Source: Klebsormidium nitens
Lineage: Eukaryota > Plantae > Klebsormidiophyceae
Reading direction: 5' to 3'
Assembly (NCBI GenBank): GCA_000708835.1
Contig: DF237588.1
Location: 1-49,047 of the forward strand
DNA length: 49,047 nt
Shown here: in pieces, positions 1 through 12,834 of the stretch
Layout of the letters: the number at the start of each line of letters is the position of its first letter
Numbering within the stretch: position 1 is the stretch's first letter
Notes under the pieces: generated by a model
The model's input: the letters and a program-made list of their open reading frames with translations, nothing else
What the model was told of the DNA's origin: nothing
The model's database searches: none
Program-made: the position numbers and the translations under genes

Positions 1-137
1 GGGGGCTGCCGCCCCCGAACCCCCGCTAAGACAGTTTTGTTGGGTTCCATCCGCGCCGTCGATTTGGCTTTTTCCTTAGCAATTGCTGCTCCAAACCAAC
101 TTACCCCCCCGTGCATTCCACAGCCAAGACCGAGCTC

Positions 138-368
138 ATGGGTGAGATCGAGAAGGACACCTACATCGAGTACGTGGCTTCCGATGCCTCTCGCGAGGCG
201 TGGAAGTGCACACTGTGCAAGACCGCGGGCAATGGTTTCTTCCGGTGCTACCGTCACGTCAAGGGTGCTGATCACAAGGAAGCAGTGGCAGAGGTCGAAG
301 CTGCAAAGGCGGTGGCTGAGGAAGCCGACAAGGAGGAAGCCGTTGCAAGGGAAGCTGCTGACGCTTGA
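138..368 (+). CDS. 76-aa U1/matrin(JAZ)-type C2H2 zinc-finger protein with E/A-rich helical tail; putative LINE ORF1
   Basis: ATG at 138. WKCTLCKTAGNGFFRCYRHVKGADHK = C-x2-C-x12-H-x5-H with the H..G..HK ending of U1/JAZ fingers. In-frame TAA at 27-29 prevents 5' extension. Ends 47 nt before the ORF2 ATG. Confidence 0.6.
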   Translation: MGEIEKDTYIEYVASDASREAWKCTLCKTAGNGFFRCYRHVKGADHKEAVAEVEAAKAVAEEADKEEAVAREAADA

Positions 369-415
369 TCTTCAAATCATGATAGTAAGGTCCTTCTCTT
401 CCTTCCTTCTTGCTC

Positions 416-2523
416 ATGAATAGACGCCGTCTTGCTCATAACCCTACATTGCCTGCTCCAAACTTGTCTACCACGGTCCCTACAGCTGTTCATTGTTCCT
501 TAAACATCAATGGTATCAACAAGAGCATTAAGCAAGCACAGTTGAACACCTTGCGAAAGATCCATAATTGGAAGGTTCTCTATCTGACAGACACAAGGGT
601 TTATAAGTTGGAAGAAATTCCTAAAATTGAAAAGGTTTTGGGAGTTTCATCTGGGTTTTGGAGTCTTGGAAACCGTCATTGTGCTGGTACAGCCGTACTC
701 TTCTTTATGCCTGTGAACGTCATCAACGATTACGCCGATCCAAACGGACGTTATACAAGGGTTGATTATGTGTGGGAAGATTCTGAGTACTCTAGCATTG
801 CTGTGTATGCTCCTGCTGTACCTCGTGCCCGCCAAAACTTCCTTTCAACCGATCTTCTGGATTTTTTCCAATCAGTGCCCCTTCTTGAAAAGACAATTAT
901 TGCTGGCGACTGGAACTTTGTTTCCGATCCCTCTTTGGACCGTCGTTCTACAAATGTCTCTGGTGGACAATTTGGGAGTTTAGAATTTGAGGATTTGGTT
1001 CAAAACCACGATTTACTCGACCTTTTCCGACATTTCCACCCGACTAAGAAATCTTTCACTTTTTCATCCTCACAATTCAATATGTCAACTCGTATAGATC
1101 GTTGCTACATCAACAAAGGTGCCCTTGCTTTTACTCATAGCTGCAAGCATGTCACTTTGCCATCTTCTATTTCGGACCATGAAGCTGGAGTTTCCTTTAC
1201 CATTCGGGCAATAAATGCTTCCACCAAAGGTTCTGGTTATTGGAAATTAAATGCGTCGCTGCTGAAAAGGCCTGGCTATAAGAAACTTGTTGAAAGTACA
1301 ATTGATGACTTCAAGGATGCTCGTCATGCGTACCCTGATACTAAATCCTGGTGGGAAAGCTTGAAGTACGCTATTCAGATTGTTACTCAACCCTACGCTA
1401 AGGAACAAAATGGACGTAGAAAACGCACAATTGACTCTCTAGAAAAGCAACTTTCGTCTGTTAATGAAGATCTTTGCTCTTCTTCTTTAGCTTGTCCTGA
1501 ATTAGCTCTTAAAAAAGGAAGATTGAGTCAAATGTTGGCCGATTATTACAACGATATTCATGAAGCAGCAAAAGTTAAAGCAGGTGCCAAGCACGCCATG
1601 CTTGGGGAAAAAGCAACCGCTTACTTTTCTTCGCTGGTGAAGGCTAGAGCCCAAAAGTCTATGATAACTGAAATTGACCCTGGAGACAACACCACACCTC
1701 TTACTAACATCGACGATATTTTACAGGAAGCTACCAATTTCTATTCAACCCTTTATCAAGCCAAGAACACAGATAAAGATGCTAAACGCGCTCAGTTTCT
1801 AAGACCAATGGACGCGACCCTTTGCGAATCGGACAAAATCTTTTGTGATCGGATAGTAGAAAAGGAAGAAGTCTTGTCAAGCTTAAAGAAACTGTCTAAT
1901 GGTAAAGCGCCCGGTATAGACGGTCTGCCCGTTGAATTCTACAAAACATTTTGGCCTGTTATTGGAGATGCATATATGGATCTGCTTCTTGAATGTCTCG
2001 AAAGTAAGGAGCTTCCTTTAACAATGCGCACGAGCGTCATCACTCTGATCTACAAAAAGGAGGATCGAAACAAACTCAAAAACTACCGGCCTATCTCGCT
2101 TTTATGTGCTGATTACAAGATTATTGCCAAGGTGATGGCTGAAAGAATGAAATTAGTTATGCACAAACTGGTTTTAGACGACCAAACTGGCTTTGTTCCT
2201 GGCAGAAACATCAATCAAAACATCATCACATTTTTGGAAGTTCAGGATCATATGCATAATGCTCAGAAGCCAGGCTTCGCTTTTCTTGCTGACATTGAGA
2301 AAGCCTTTGATTCTGTTTGCCGTGATTTCCTTAAAGCCTCCCTAGTCAAACTCAACTTTGGGGACTACTTTATCTCATGGTTCCTCACTCTTCACAACCG
2401 TTCAACCGCAAAGCTTATTATCAACGGCTTTTTATCCAACAGCTTTGATATTTCCTCAGGTGTTCGGCAGGGTTGTCCATGGGCCCCGTTACTATTTTTA
2501 GCAGCCACTGAGCCACTGGCCTG
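416..2523 (+). CDS. LINE ORF2 (APE endonuclease + reverse transcriptase), partial
   Basis: APE motifs SLNINGIN, VYAP, GDWN, RIDRCY, SDH. RT motifs KAPGIDG, YRPISLL, QTGFVPGR, DIEKAFDSV, GVRQGCP. No stops over ~700 codons. Truncated before YADD by the gap. Confidence 0.95.
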
Positions 2524-2826
2524 NNNNNNNNNNNNNNNNNNNNNNNNNNNNNNNNNNNNNNNNNNNNNNNNNNNNNNNNNNNNNNNNNNNNNNNNNNNNN
2601 NNNNNNNNNNNNNNNNNNNNNNNNNNNNNNNNNNNNNNNNNNNNNNNNNNNNNNNNNNNNNNNNNNNNNNNNNNNNNNNNNNNNNNNNNNNNNNNNNNNN
2701 NNNNNNNNNNNNNNNNNNNNNNNNNNNNNNNNNNNNNNNNNNNNNNNNNNNNNNNNNNNNNNNNNNNNNNNNNNNNNNNNNNNNNNNNNNNNNNNNNNNN
2801 NNNNNNNNNNNNNNNNNNNNNNNNNN
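2524..2826. other. assembly gap (N-run)
   Basis: 303 N. Confidence 1.
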
Positions 2827-5800
2827 GTCATCTTGAAGAGTAAGTTTAACACGTGGACGTTTCGAGTGCGCCGGATGGAACCTGCTCTGGGATTCCACGG
2901 TTCGATGACCACCCCTGTTCAACCTCGCCGGCTGCAACCGCGGAAAGATGTTCGATGACGTCAAAGTAATAGCTAAAGTTTAGCTGAAATTTAGTATCTA
3001 AATAGACCCTATCTATCGATCGCAACCGGGAAGCATGCCCCGAAAATGCTGTAGAATCTACCGTATCCTGTCGGGCGGGGCGATGCGGCCTTCGAGTAGG
3101 CTTCGACCCACGCAGTCCAACCCACCAATCAGCGTTGCGGAAATCAGGACACGCGTCAATCACTGAAGTAGGTACTGGCGGCGAGCGCCTCCTAGCAAAA
3201 GGCCCGCTCTAGGAATAGCAGATTAGGTTTGTTATGCGTTGGACAATGCATACAATACGGTCAGTGACATGCACGAAGCGATCGTTACAGTAATCATTCG
3301 ATGAATGAGTAAGTTCAGCGGGCGCAGCCTAGGCAAGCCAGTGTTTAAATGCAAGTAGCTAGTGCTAGGCTCTGTAGCATACTACGTACAGGACTTAAGC
3401 CCGGCGCCAAGCTTAAGCATGCATGATCCCCACGTACGCGCACGCTGTGACGGATTGGCCACAACCAGACATTACGACACTGACCGTGTTAGACATGCTT
3501 TGAAGCTCCTGCGCCCACGATGATGGCAATTTGTACGCCGGCCAATACGGCCGGTAGCTAGATCTTTGGCCGCGCACGCGATCGCAAGCACACATGGTAT
3601 CATATACCATGTGATTCGGGTATGCCGCCGCCGGAAAGCCCGACTCTGATCGAGGGAGCACCGCAGCGCGGCTTGCAAGCTTTGTCGGGTACCCAAAAAC
3701 GCATATGCAATCCGGCTCACCATACTCGGACGGGATTGCTGAATGTTGCAGGTTAATGATCACCGTCTTTTGAAAGTTGAGTCTATCTCATGCTAGTATC
3801 AAGTTCGTTGGTCCGGCAAATTTGCATGGCCGGTGACCAAAGGACGTACTTGTGCAAGTAATGAATGTAAAAGAAAACTGTCTGACAAGATTTCCTACAA
3901 TTCACCGAGTCAAAAAGTCACTTACATTTTTGAGTGTAATCGCTTTACTCAAACCATGACAACAACGTATCAACCGGCGATTAAGCCTGAAGGCCTTAAT
4001 GCCTGCCCGGTTTTCCTGATCTACGCTTGACCAGACTTGATGATCAAATTTTACTCAAAGCGCCTTGCGCTCCCAGACTTCCACATAAACCGGAATGCGC
4101 CTAATGACTGGTTGTCTTTGCATGCAGCTTACAGCCTAACACTGCAAGGATCAGAGAGGGCGCATTCCTACACAATACAGTGCGCGGACCTACCTTAGTG
4201 CACTCTTACGTACCTCAGCAACTGTAACCCTGCGTCCCTCACGTTAACGGTAACTACGTTGCTCAATGGCATGAATGACCTAACGCTGGCTTGCCTGGCT
4301 GCCGATGCACGACTTCCGTTTACATTGATAATGTTGTCTTTTGGGCCCGACGGCTGGTGTCGTGAAATGCATCGACAATAGTAACCGACAAGGAATGCTC
4401 AACACGTTTGCAAGCCACTGCTAAACTCTTTGGACAGCCTGTTTCCGGCTCTTCACAAGAATAATCGCGAAGAAACTGCTGCGATGGGGGACCTGAAGCA
4501 GAGAAATAAAGTTTCATGCTTTTGCTGGTTCAAGGTGGTCAAATCGTTGGGAGATCGCTCGTTCGGAATCAGGGGTACCTCCAAAAAAAGGGGGTCTAGG
4601 TTCTCTGGACTGTAATCCAGGCACTCGACCAGAGAGGAGACTCGTCACACCCGGAATGGTCGGTACAGAGTGGATGATTTGAACCAAGTCGCGAGAGACA
4701 AGGTTTGACAGAAAGAGAGGAGTTCTATCAGACCGACACTGAGGAGTAGGAAACCCGATCGAGGCTCGATCAAGCGCCTCCTCATACAGTCAAAACTCTC
4801 CTGGCTTTAGTCTTGTGTGGTAACGGCACGTACTTGGGACTCTTGAGACTATCCAAGCCACCTCACTTGCTTCAAAATCTTAAATTGCAGGTGCAAACTC
4901 TGCGGACGTTCAATTGTCGGCTCCTATGTTGAATTTGGGAGCTAGGCTTCCGGCCTAGAAAATGATGACGAGGCCTGTTCCCGAAGACAGATTCTCTTTA
5001 ACGCCTCCGCAGCCGTTTGAAGCCACGTCACTATTGCCTGGTCCCCAAACAAGTGGTGCCACACAGTTCGACGGACGCATACTGTATTCTGTGTCGCAAC
5101 TAGAAGAACAGGGAAAACTGCTTCTTGGGACAAAGTGTGAAGAACTTTGACAGGTTGAGATCCCTTCCAAGGAGCGCGCAGGAGTGCTGGAGGAGGCCTA
5201 CATTTCTCTTGAGCTTATTCAGACAAGACAAGCACAGCTTACCATCAGAGCTGGAGACAGACGTTCGTGATCTAGGGCCGCTCCCGGCCCCTCCGACAGG
5301 AACGGGCCTCTGCGAGCGAAACGCTTGGAAACGTGAAGGGGGGTCTCATGTTTGTTTGAAGCGAGGTTGACGATCAGAACACGGCCAAAGAAGGTGTACA
5401 TCAGGCACTACAGGCTCTGTCGAATGTACCGCATCTCTCGGTAGCGGTGCGGTGAGTCAGATTGGCTTCCGTAGCCCGAGACAACAACTGCTTCCTGGCT
5501 GATTATGGTGTTGCAGGGTGGGGTGCTGGGGTCGTTTGCAAAATGATACTGGATACACCTTCCAGCAGCTTTTGTCAGATCGATGTCAAAATGGACTGCG
5601 ACACACGTCCAAGCTGCTTAATTTGAAAGATGTTTACCGCCTTCAGAGCTAGGGAACTGGATTCCTTAACTGTTCGAACTGCGGCTGAACGGAGAAGGGC
5701 TCGTAACTGCTTTCGACAGGAGCGCGAAGAGCTTTGTTTGCTTATGCAGCTACCTTGACTCCTGGCAGAATGGTTCAAGCGCTGCTTAAGGGGCCCAAAA

Positions 5801-6175
5801 GTAGTTCTACGAATCCTAATTGTATGAGGTCGAACCTAACTCAGTGCCTCCAGGCGCAACAAAACAGTGCCGCGGCAGATGTTGGACGGTGACTGGCTGG
5901 AATCAAGTGATGCAACTCGGGAGAGTGTCTAACATCAGCAGAAAATTCTTTGCTGACCATATTCCAAAAGACTACAGAGGCCAGCCATGATGTGTCGACC
6001 AGACATGGGCTACAAGTTTCACTTTAAACATAATCTTAGCAACGACGTTTCGGTCTCCTGCAGCTTATGAGAATCTGAAAGCGGTCTGCCAGGAAGCGTG
6101 ACGCGAAATTGTCAGCCGGATACGTACCTGTGGCACATGATGCTCAGCCCCGCTTTCCTGCCACGTGTCAGGAGA

Positions 6176-9100
6176 TCAACCCGGAGCCGTCTTCAGATTC
6201 CGATCCGGTCTGCAGGGCAGGATCGCTCGCTCGGCGGTGGCCTCCTCGGGGACAAGGCCCCCGCTGCCTGCCTGCGGCGCTCCCTTACACTGGTCATCCT
6301 TCGCGGGCCCTGTTTCCTTCCCTGTTGCCTGCGGCAGAGCCCCGCTTGCAGGCTGGGCTGCTTGGTCGGCCGCTGCCGGGGGTGCCCCGGTAAGAAGAAG
6401 GCGGGGCAGTAAAGACGCGAATTCAGAAGCCTGCAAAAAAGAAAAGCGAAGCTCTAGCTCTGGTCCGCTGTGAAGACGTAGAGAGGCCTACATCCGGAAA
6501 GCTCCGTGTCACGACAGCGTTTGCTGACATGCAAACCAATCCTCCGGGATTCCGGCTTCGAGCTCAATCCTTTCAAACGACCTCAAAGATCCAAACAAGC
6601 ATTGCGAATCGGCGGATGAACGACTGCAAGGGCTGCACAAAACAGGGTGTGGAAGCGCCGTGAATTCTCCAGCACACCTAGGTGCACGGTCAGATCGGGA
6701 TGCTGTCGAGTGTTGATGCGTTCACCTCTTGCACCCAAACGGTTCCAGGTTAAGCGAAGGCACAGACGCTAATGATAACTGCGGGCGCTAAAAAGTACTT
6801 TGGATCGAGCTAACGCAAGCGTGCAGTCGTTCCTGGTGTCAACAAGAATTTGCAAGCGCTCTTGCATGGCCAGTTTCCCGGTCACCTTGTGTTGGCTTTC
6901 GCTGCTGAAAGCCGACGGTTCCAAGACCATCTCGGGAGTCAGTACCCCGGGGAAATCCAGAACCAGCTGGGAATAGGGGTCCGGCTCGCCGATCGCCTGA
7001 TGTGCCTGCGAAAAAAAGGTCACATGAGAACGCTGGGGCAAAATTGGATGCTCGACACGATTTGTATAAACGAGATCTACTCTGCTCCTTCTTCCGGGGT
7101 TGTTTTGAGACGTGACGACGAAACAGAGGAAGAATCTTTGTCATGCGCATGCGTTGGTGAAGTGCATCACGGGAACCACGAAAAAGTCGTTAAACAAGAT
7201 GAGTCATGAGATTGGACGTGGGCAAGAGGGTTTCGTCCCAGTGACAAAGCAGGGTTAGTCAGCACGGAGTCCCCAATGGATGTCTCCTTTGTCGGAACTG
7301 TAGTGAGCCGCCTCTCGTAGCGGACACCCAAAGGCTCTCGACCACTGACGAATGCTTCTAGTGACAGAGGACCGGTGCTGCAACTTGAAAACCTGTTTTC
7401 GCTCCTCGTGACAGCCGACCGTACTCTCTCAAACCCATTCCTTAAACATCCAACGCGCTGTAAGTAATGGCTTGTCTTTACGACCTTTGAGCAGATTTTC
7501 GTGAGATGCCAAAAGCTGGCCTCCGCGGAAGCCGGAAACCCTCTCAAGAAGAAGGACACGTCGAGCCATGCAAGCAACCTACCTCGGAGCGATCCTTCGG
7601 AAAGACGAGCAAGCAGACATTCTGCTCCGTCTGCACCGGATAGCAGGCCTCCTTAAAGCTGCCTTTTCCTCCGACTGCCCAACCCGAAAGCGCGCCCTTG
7701 TTCGACTTTGCTGTCGCTACCATTCCGGCGCCGCCGGTCTTCGCCCTGGTATGGAAGCTTCCCCGGGCCTTGATCGCGTCCGCGACCCTGTCCGACAGCG
7801 GCAGATCGTCGAGGTCCACCGAAGACCCGTCTTCGCCACCTGCGACCACGCCAGGGGTCTGGCTCGCATCCGCCGGCTCCGGTCCTCTAACCCCCGGCTG
7901 CTGTTCAGATGCCGTTTTCCTGCAATCGGGCAGTTTTTGGATCGGGGCAGCCGGCATTTCGTCCGGTTCCGGCGGGTTCTTGAGATTCCGAGCCCTGGCC
8001 CTTTGCGGCTTAGGGCCCTCCGTGCTTAGGGGTTCTGCCCGCTTGACTCGGGCCTTGGGCTTGGGGGTATCCTTCGATTCCTCCGGGGCCTTCTTCTTTG
8101 GAGGCCTCCCCCGCTTCCGCTTCGGGGCGGCCGTACTCGGTTCCACAATTGACGGCTGAATCTTGTCTCCCCCGCCTGACGTGGGTGCAGATTCGTCTGC
8201 AGGCTGAGGAGCGGCCAACTCCGACCCGGGCAGTGGAGTTCTGGGTTCGGACAAGCTTCTGGGGTCCGAGGTTCCGGCGGACTTCGGGGTGGGGGCGCTT
8301 TCGGTTGCCTTTTCGGGAGAGGGTTTGCTTTCCGGCGGCAGTTGCTGCTCAGGGCTTGACGTATCTCCCGGAGCCATTGATTCCGGGGCTTTGAGCTCCA
8401 TCTGAGGAATTGGCGCATCACTGTCGCAGATCTCCGCTATCTCGGGCGCCCCCGCTGGGCTTGCAGGCGCATCTGGACGGTTTCCAGACGCTTCTGCGGG
8501 GCTTTTAAACGCTTCTTGGGGGCGTTCGGACGCTTCTAGGGAGCGTCCAGACATTTCTGGAGGATTTTCGGACGCTTTGGCAGGGTCCGGACCGTCCGCA
8601 CACGTTGGCGCAGGCGCTGTCACCTCTGGGGTATATTTGTACCGAACCGGGACAGCTTCAAACCCCTGGACGGATTGGAGCGCTGCCGGACGCAGCTCAG
8701 TCAGCCTTGCCGGATCGACTGTTTCCCCTGCTGGTTCGACTGCAACCGCGGTTTTTTCCGACCCGGCCTTAACCCTGAGGAGACCCGTTGCCTGGCCGCC
8801 CGCTTGCACACGCTCAGTTGCAGGTTGCACAGCAGCATCCCCTTGCTTGGGGGGGCCGTCCCCAGAGGTGCCGCCCGACATTCTCGCCCCCCTGGAGGGG
8901 GTGTCCACTGTCGGCAGTCGGGGCTCCATCCGCTCCTCTCGGTCCTTGCTGTCACCCCCCTGAGTTGCCTTTCTACCGGTCCCGAAGCTTGGTGCCAGGC
9001 TTTCCTTATCTCCCCGCACCTTGGAAGGGTCACCAATGACCTTCCTGCTTTCTTGGGCTCGTTCACACCCCGTCCTTCCCTGGGGCACCTCACCCACCCC

Positions 9101-12100
9101 CCTCGCTTCTTTCGACCGCCCGCTCTCCCACCCCCTGGCCAGAATCTCCAGCCCGTTCTTCCAGCCGCGGCCGCGCTTCACGTCCTTCCCGATGTTCCTC
9201 CAGCGGATAGGGCGCAGCCGGGCCGGCAGATCCGTGCCGGGGAGGGGCCGCTTGTTACTGACGCTCGTGATTTCATCATCTTCCGCCGCATCTTCCTGCG
9301 TCTCGAACTGCCACTCAGTGATCCGGGGGATCACCATATCCTCCTTACCCAGCGCTGCAAGCTCCAACCGCTTATGAGGTTTGGTAGGGAGACTCCCGTT
9401 ATGGGGGGCGCGATCAAGTGGTGTCGGCTCGGGGGGGTTGGAAAGCTGGGCCCGTTTTGCAGGGGGTTCATCAGCTGCACACGAAAGTAGGTGCGCCTGG
9501 TCAACAACCTCACAACCAAATACATGATAAGCAATGCATGACAGCTGTTAGAGTGGAGTATCAGACCGGATAGAAAAGTCAGATTAAAAGGAAGACGCTG
9601 TGAATGGCTCACATGCTCAAAAGCCCAGGAGGACTGATTCGAGCTTGCAGTCGCCGACTAAGCAGATTCAGAAAGCTAACTACTTGTAGCTTTTTGCACC
9701 ATAGCACACCCCAGCATGGTGCCTGAGGTGATAGAAGGACTCTCGACAAAAGGATGAACCTCGACAGTCTGCAACTTGGAAGGTCCTCCAAGTTGATGAA
9801 TTGCGCACAAATCAGGTGAACATGCAGCTGATGGAGGGACGTGCTGCGAGATCAAGGCAAAGCAAATTTCCCTCATGGATCCAACACTGAGTGAGAATGC
9901 AACGGGCGGCAATACAGCAATGGGCCGATTCTGATAACGCGTGCTGCTTTGAAGTTCAACAACGGAAGTAACTTCTCATCATGTTTGCTATACATAAGAA
10001 GCCGTCCACACTCACACATCACTTATTCCCAGCAAAGCAAACGCATCATCCAAACATTCTCCTTGGCGTTGTTTGAGCTGTCAGAGCCTCCGCAATGTAC
10101 GACTGGCTGAATCGACAGCAACCGCAGCTAAAGGTGAGCAGAGGGAGCCCTCTCAGGGATGTTGCGATGCGACCAAACCGGCATGTGATCTGGATTGGAT
10201 TCGCCCAAGGTGCTTAAACCAAAAACCCTAATGCAAAGGTTTACGCGCTCTGCACCCTAAACCACCATAGACTAGGCCTACCTATTTCTCAGTCGCCTAT
10301 CTCAAGCGATATAGGAGTTGGAAAGTCGTCACAAGCACCAAAACCCTTTTCATAAAGGCGCTTGACACAACGATATCTCAGTGGACAAAAGAGGCCCAGG
10401 TCTTACCTCTTTCTGCCTGCCCCAAGTCCTTGCCACCCCCCGTCCCCCTCGCATCCGTCCCCCACTTCCGCTTCCCCTCCTGTCCCCTCCCAGCTTGTGC
10501 AATCAACCCCGCTTTCTCCACCTCTGCCCCCGGGCCCGAGGAAACACCACTTCCACTTTGTTTCTCCCTGGGCCCATCGTCCCATGCGCTGCGGTTGCCC
10601 TTGCCTACAGGAGGCCCCATTGCGGGCTCCACCAATCCAGGATCGACTAGGACTTTTGCCTTCTTCCGCGGAGGACTGACGCTCCGGGGTGTGGTTCTGA
10701 GAGGAGCGTCTTGCTTTTCCTTCTGCGGGGAAAGCGATTGGCGCGGTGCGTGCCGGCCCCTGCTGGGCGAGCTTGCAGTGCAGGCGGAGGGGCTGAGGCT
10801 TCGAGGAGGGGAAAGGAAGACATTCCTGTCTTGCTGGCAGTTGCAGCGGCTGTCCGAGCAGCGGGTCACACTGCGGCTGCAGAAAGATGGAGAAATGCCG
10901 GTGCGAAAAGGCTAGAAAGACTGGTATAGGCAAAGCACTGTAAGCAGACAAGAGCCCTAGTGCAGTTTGAGTCTACAGAGCGTAAATCTGGCGGATAATA
11001 CGCAATGATCCAAGTAAAACCCTACCGCTGTGAGTTTTAGGATCCCTGATTGGATACCCAAGCTAACACCCCAGATTAAACCCACTCGTCGCAAGACCCT
11101 CTTATTGCGCCGATACCTACTGAATCAATGAGACTTGCAGAGCTCTGCCAGCCAGCCAGGGAAGATGTTTAAAGGAATAACTTCTGAAGGGTAGTCTGAA
11201 TCATTAGAAGCTTGTTTCAAGGATGGAATGTGAGCTGGGGCCCAGACACCTTTCACCTGGGTGACTCAAAAACCCAAGTTTACATCTCAGAGCCTGAGAT
11301 TGCTTTAGTAGCTTTTTGGACGCCGTATTTCGTGGAAAGATAACAATTTGGCGAGCAAATGAGACACCCTGGGACAGGGCTCTTGATTTGAAAAGATTCT
11401 GCAGAAAAATCCGAAGCGAATGCACAAGTCATGTGTTCTTATGCTGAAGGTGCTGTCTTGGATGCCGCATCGGTTCCGGAAGCCCGAAGAGTGTGAATCA
11501 AAGCTCTGGCAAGTAAGTATTGAACATCCCCCGAGCAACAAAGGGACGGTAATTCCTAAGCTCGGACCTTTTGAGCATGTGCCGGGTGCACAAGGTGTTG
11601 CCTTCAGTATTCAAAAGATCGCTGTAATGCATTATGCAGATGATCAATTATGCTCGTTCTCTAATAGTAGATCCAGAAGCAGATGGGTAGCTCATGGTTT
11701 GAATGGGATCCCTTCCGAGAGTGTCCAAGAATGCTGCATCTCTACCATCAGAAGCCTCACAAACACACCGCTGATCTCTTCTTCAAAGAGGGCCTCAGGG
11801 AGCGGTCCCCCTGAAGTCACAGGGCGACTGTATAGCTTGCCCCTCTGCGCTTGTGTAGCCAGCATGCCCCAAGTGGCGGTGGCATTCCCAAGCCAGCATT
11901 CCCTGACCGGTGCTGACATTATGGGCTGCCCCGGTCGTCTGCCCTCTTTGAATCCATGCGCAATTGCCGAAACCAGCATCCTGATATTATGATATGTATC
12001 CAGATAGGTTGAAGCACCAAGCACCGTCTGAAGTCCTGCTCACCTCCTAGAGCGTCCCCTGCTCCCGCTCTGCCCCTTCCTTTTGCTGCCCGAAGCTTGC

Positions 12101-12834
12101 ATCTCTGCTGCGCAAACCAGCGCCTTGGCATTCTCAATATGTGCACCTTTGCCCTCAGGGGGACGCTCTTTCGCTCTGCCACCGGTTCCTTCGGCCGCAG
12201 GTACCTTCTCAGGGTTCCCTCCGCAAGCCTGTGCCTTTCCTTCCAAAGTGCCCCTGTCCCTTGCATTTGGCCTGTGCTCTGCTCGATTGGCCCCCCTCAG
12301 CTTTGTGCCCTTCGCCAGCCTGGTCGTATCCCTGTCCCTCCTCTGATCTCTGCCGTGGTCATCTCCCCTCGCCCTCCAAGCAGCAACCTTGGCACCCCGC
12401 TCGGCGCCACCCCGAGCCTCCCGCTTTACAGCAGTGTTATAGTAGCATACATTAGTATCATGCCCCGCCCTGCAACATATGGTGCAAAACCTTCTCGTGC
12501 CCTGGAAAGAGGGCCTCACATTCGTGACATGAGGTCCCCCAAACCGGCGTTCGTCGCTGCCCTTTGTCTCTACCAGAGGAAACTTTGCCTGAGCAACCCC
12601 TTGCCGCTGCTGCAGTCTCGCCCAGCGGACAACCATCCGTTCCCCGTACAGCACAAGGCCGTGCTCATGCGCTTGGTACGCATCCTGCGCGGCGCATTCC
12701 TCCGCAAAGTCCACAAATGCATAGCCCTCTTTGATACGGACCCAGTTCAGGGAACCAAAGGGTTGGAAGGCGCGCCGCAGCTGCTCTTCTCCGACTGCAG
12801 AGAGGTTGAATTTGCCGACGTACAGGGTCGTCAT
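6176..12834 (-). CDS. ~1175-aa SR/RSZ-like RNA-binding protein: RRM + CCHC zinc knuckle + RS/SP-rich and long disordered region + AT-hook (5 exons)
   Basis: Exons 12834-12044, 10876-10407, 9474-7583, 7005-6886, 6430-6176. All introns are GT-AG with matching phases (2,1,0,0); total 3528 nt. RRM LYVGKFN...GYAFVDF; knuckle CTICCRAGHDTNVC; AT-hook KRKRGRPPKKK near 8090-8125. Extra small exons in introns 1-2 cannot be excluded. Confidence 0.75.

Larger units (their letters stand above)
1..2523 (+). mobile_element. L1/Tx1-type non-LTR retrotransposon (LINE), 5' part; 3' half lost in the assembly gap
   Basis: Small upstream ORF followed by an uninterrupted APE-endonuclease + RT ORF2. AT-richer than the flanking DNA. 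Ends at the N-run starting at 2524. Confidence 0.93.

Noticed and set aside
2392-2964. ORF-track entries spanning N-runs (also 19104-19693)
   Set aside because: Artefacts of translating through assembly gaps.
3591-3613. Perfect 10-bp hairpin CACATGGTAT-cat-ATACCATGTG
   Set aside because: Isolated, with no associated element or second copy in the window.
4960-5800. Stop-riddled protein-like frames
   Set aside because: No identifiable domain. Possibly an old TE or pseudogene, but unsupported.
7568-9490. Several long overlapping ORFs on both strands
   Set aside because: Shadow frames of one GC-rich, low-complexity exon (9474-7583).
11633-11644. YADD tetrapeptide in ORF 11420-11992
   Set aside because: No other RT motifs at the right spacing. 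It lies antisense within intron 1 of the SR-like gene, so a chance match.
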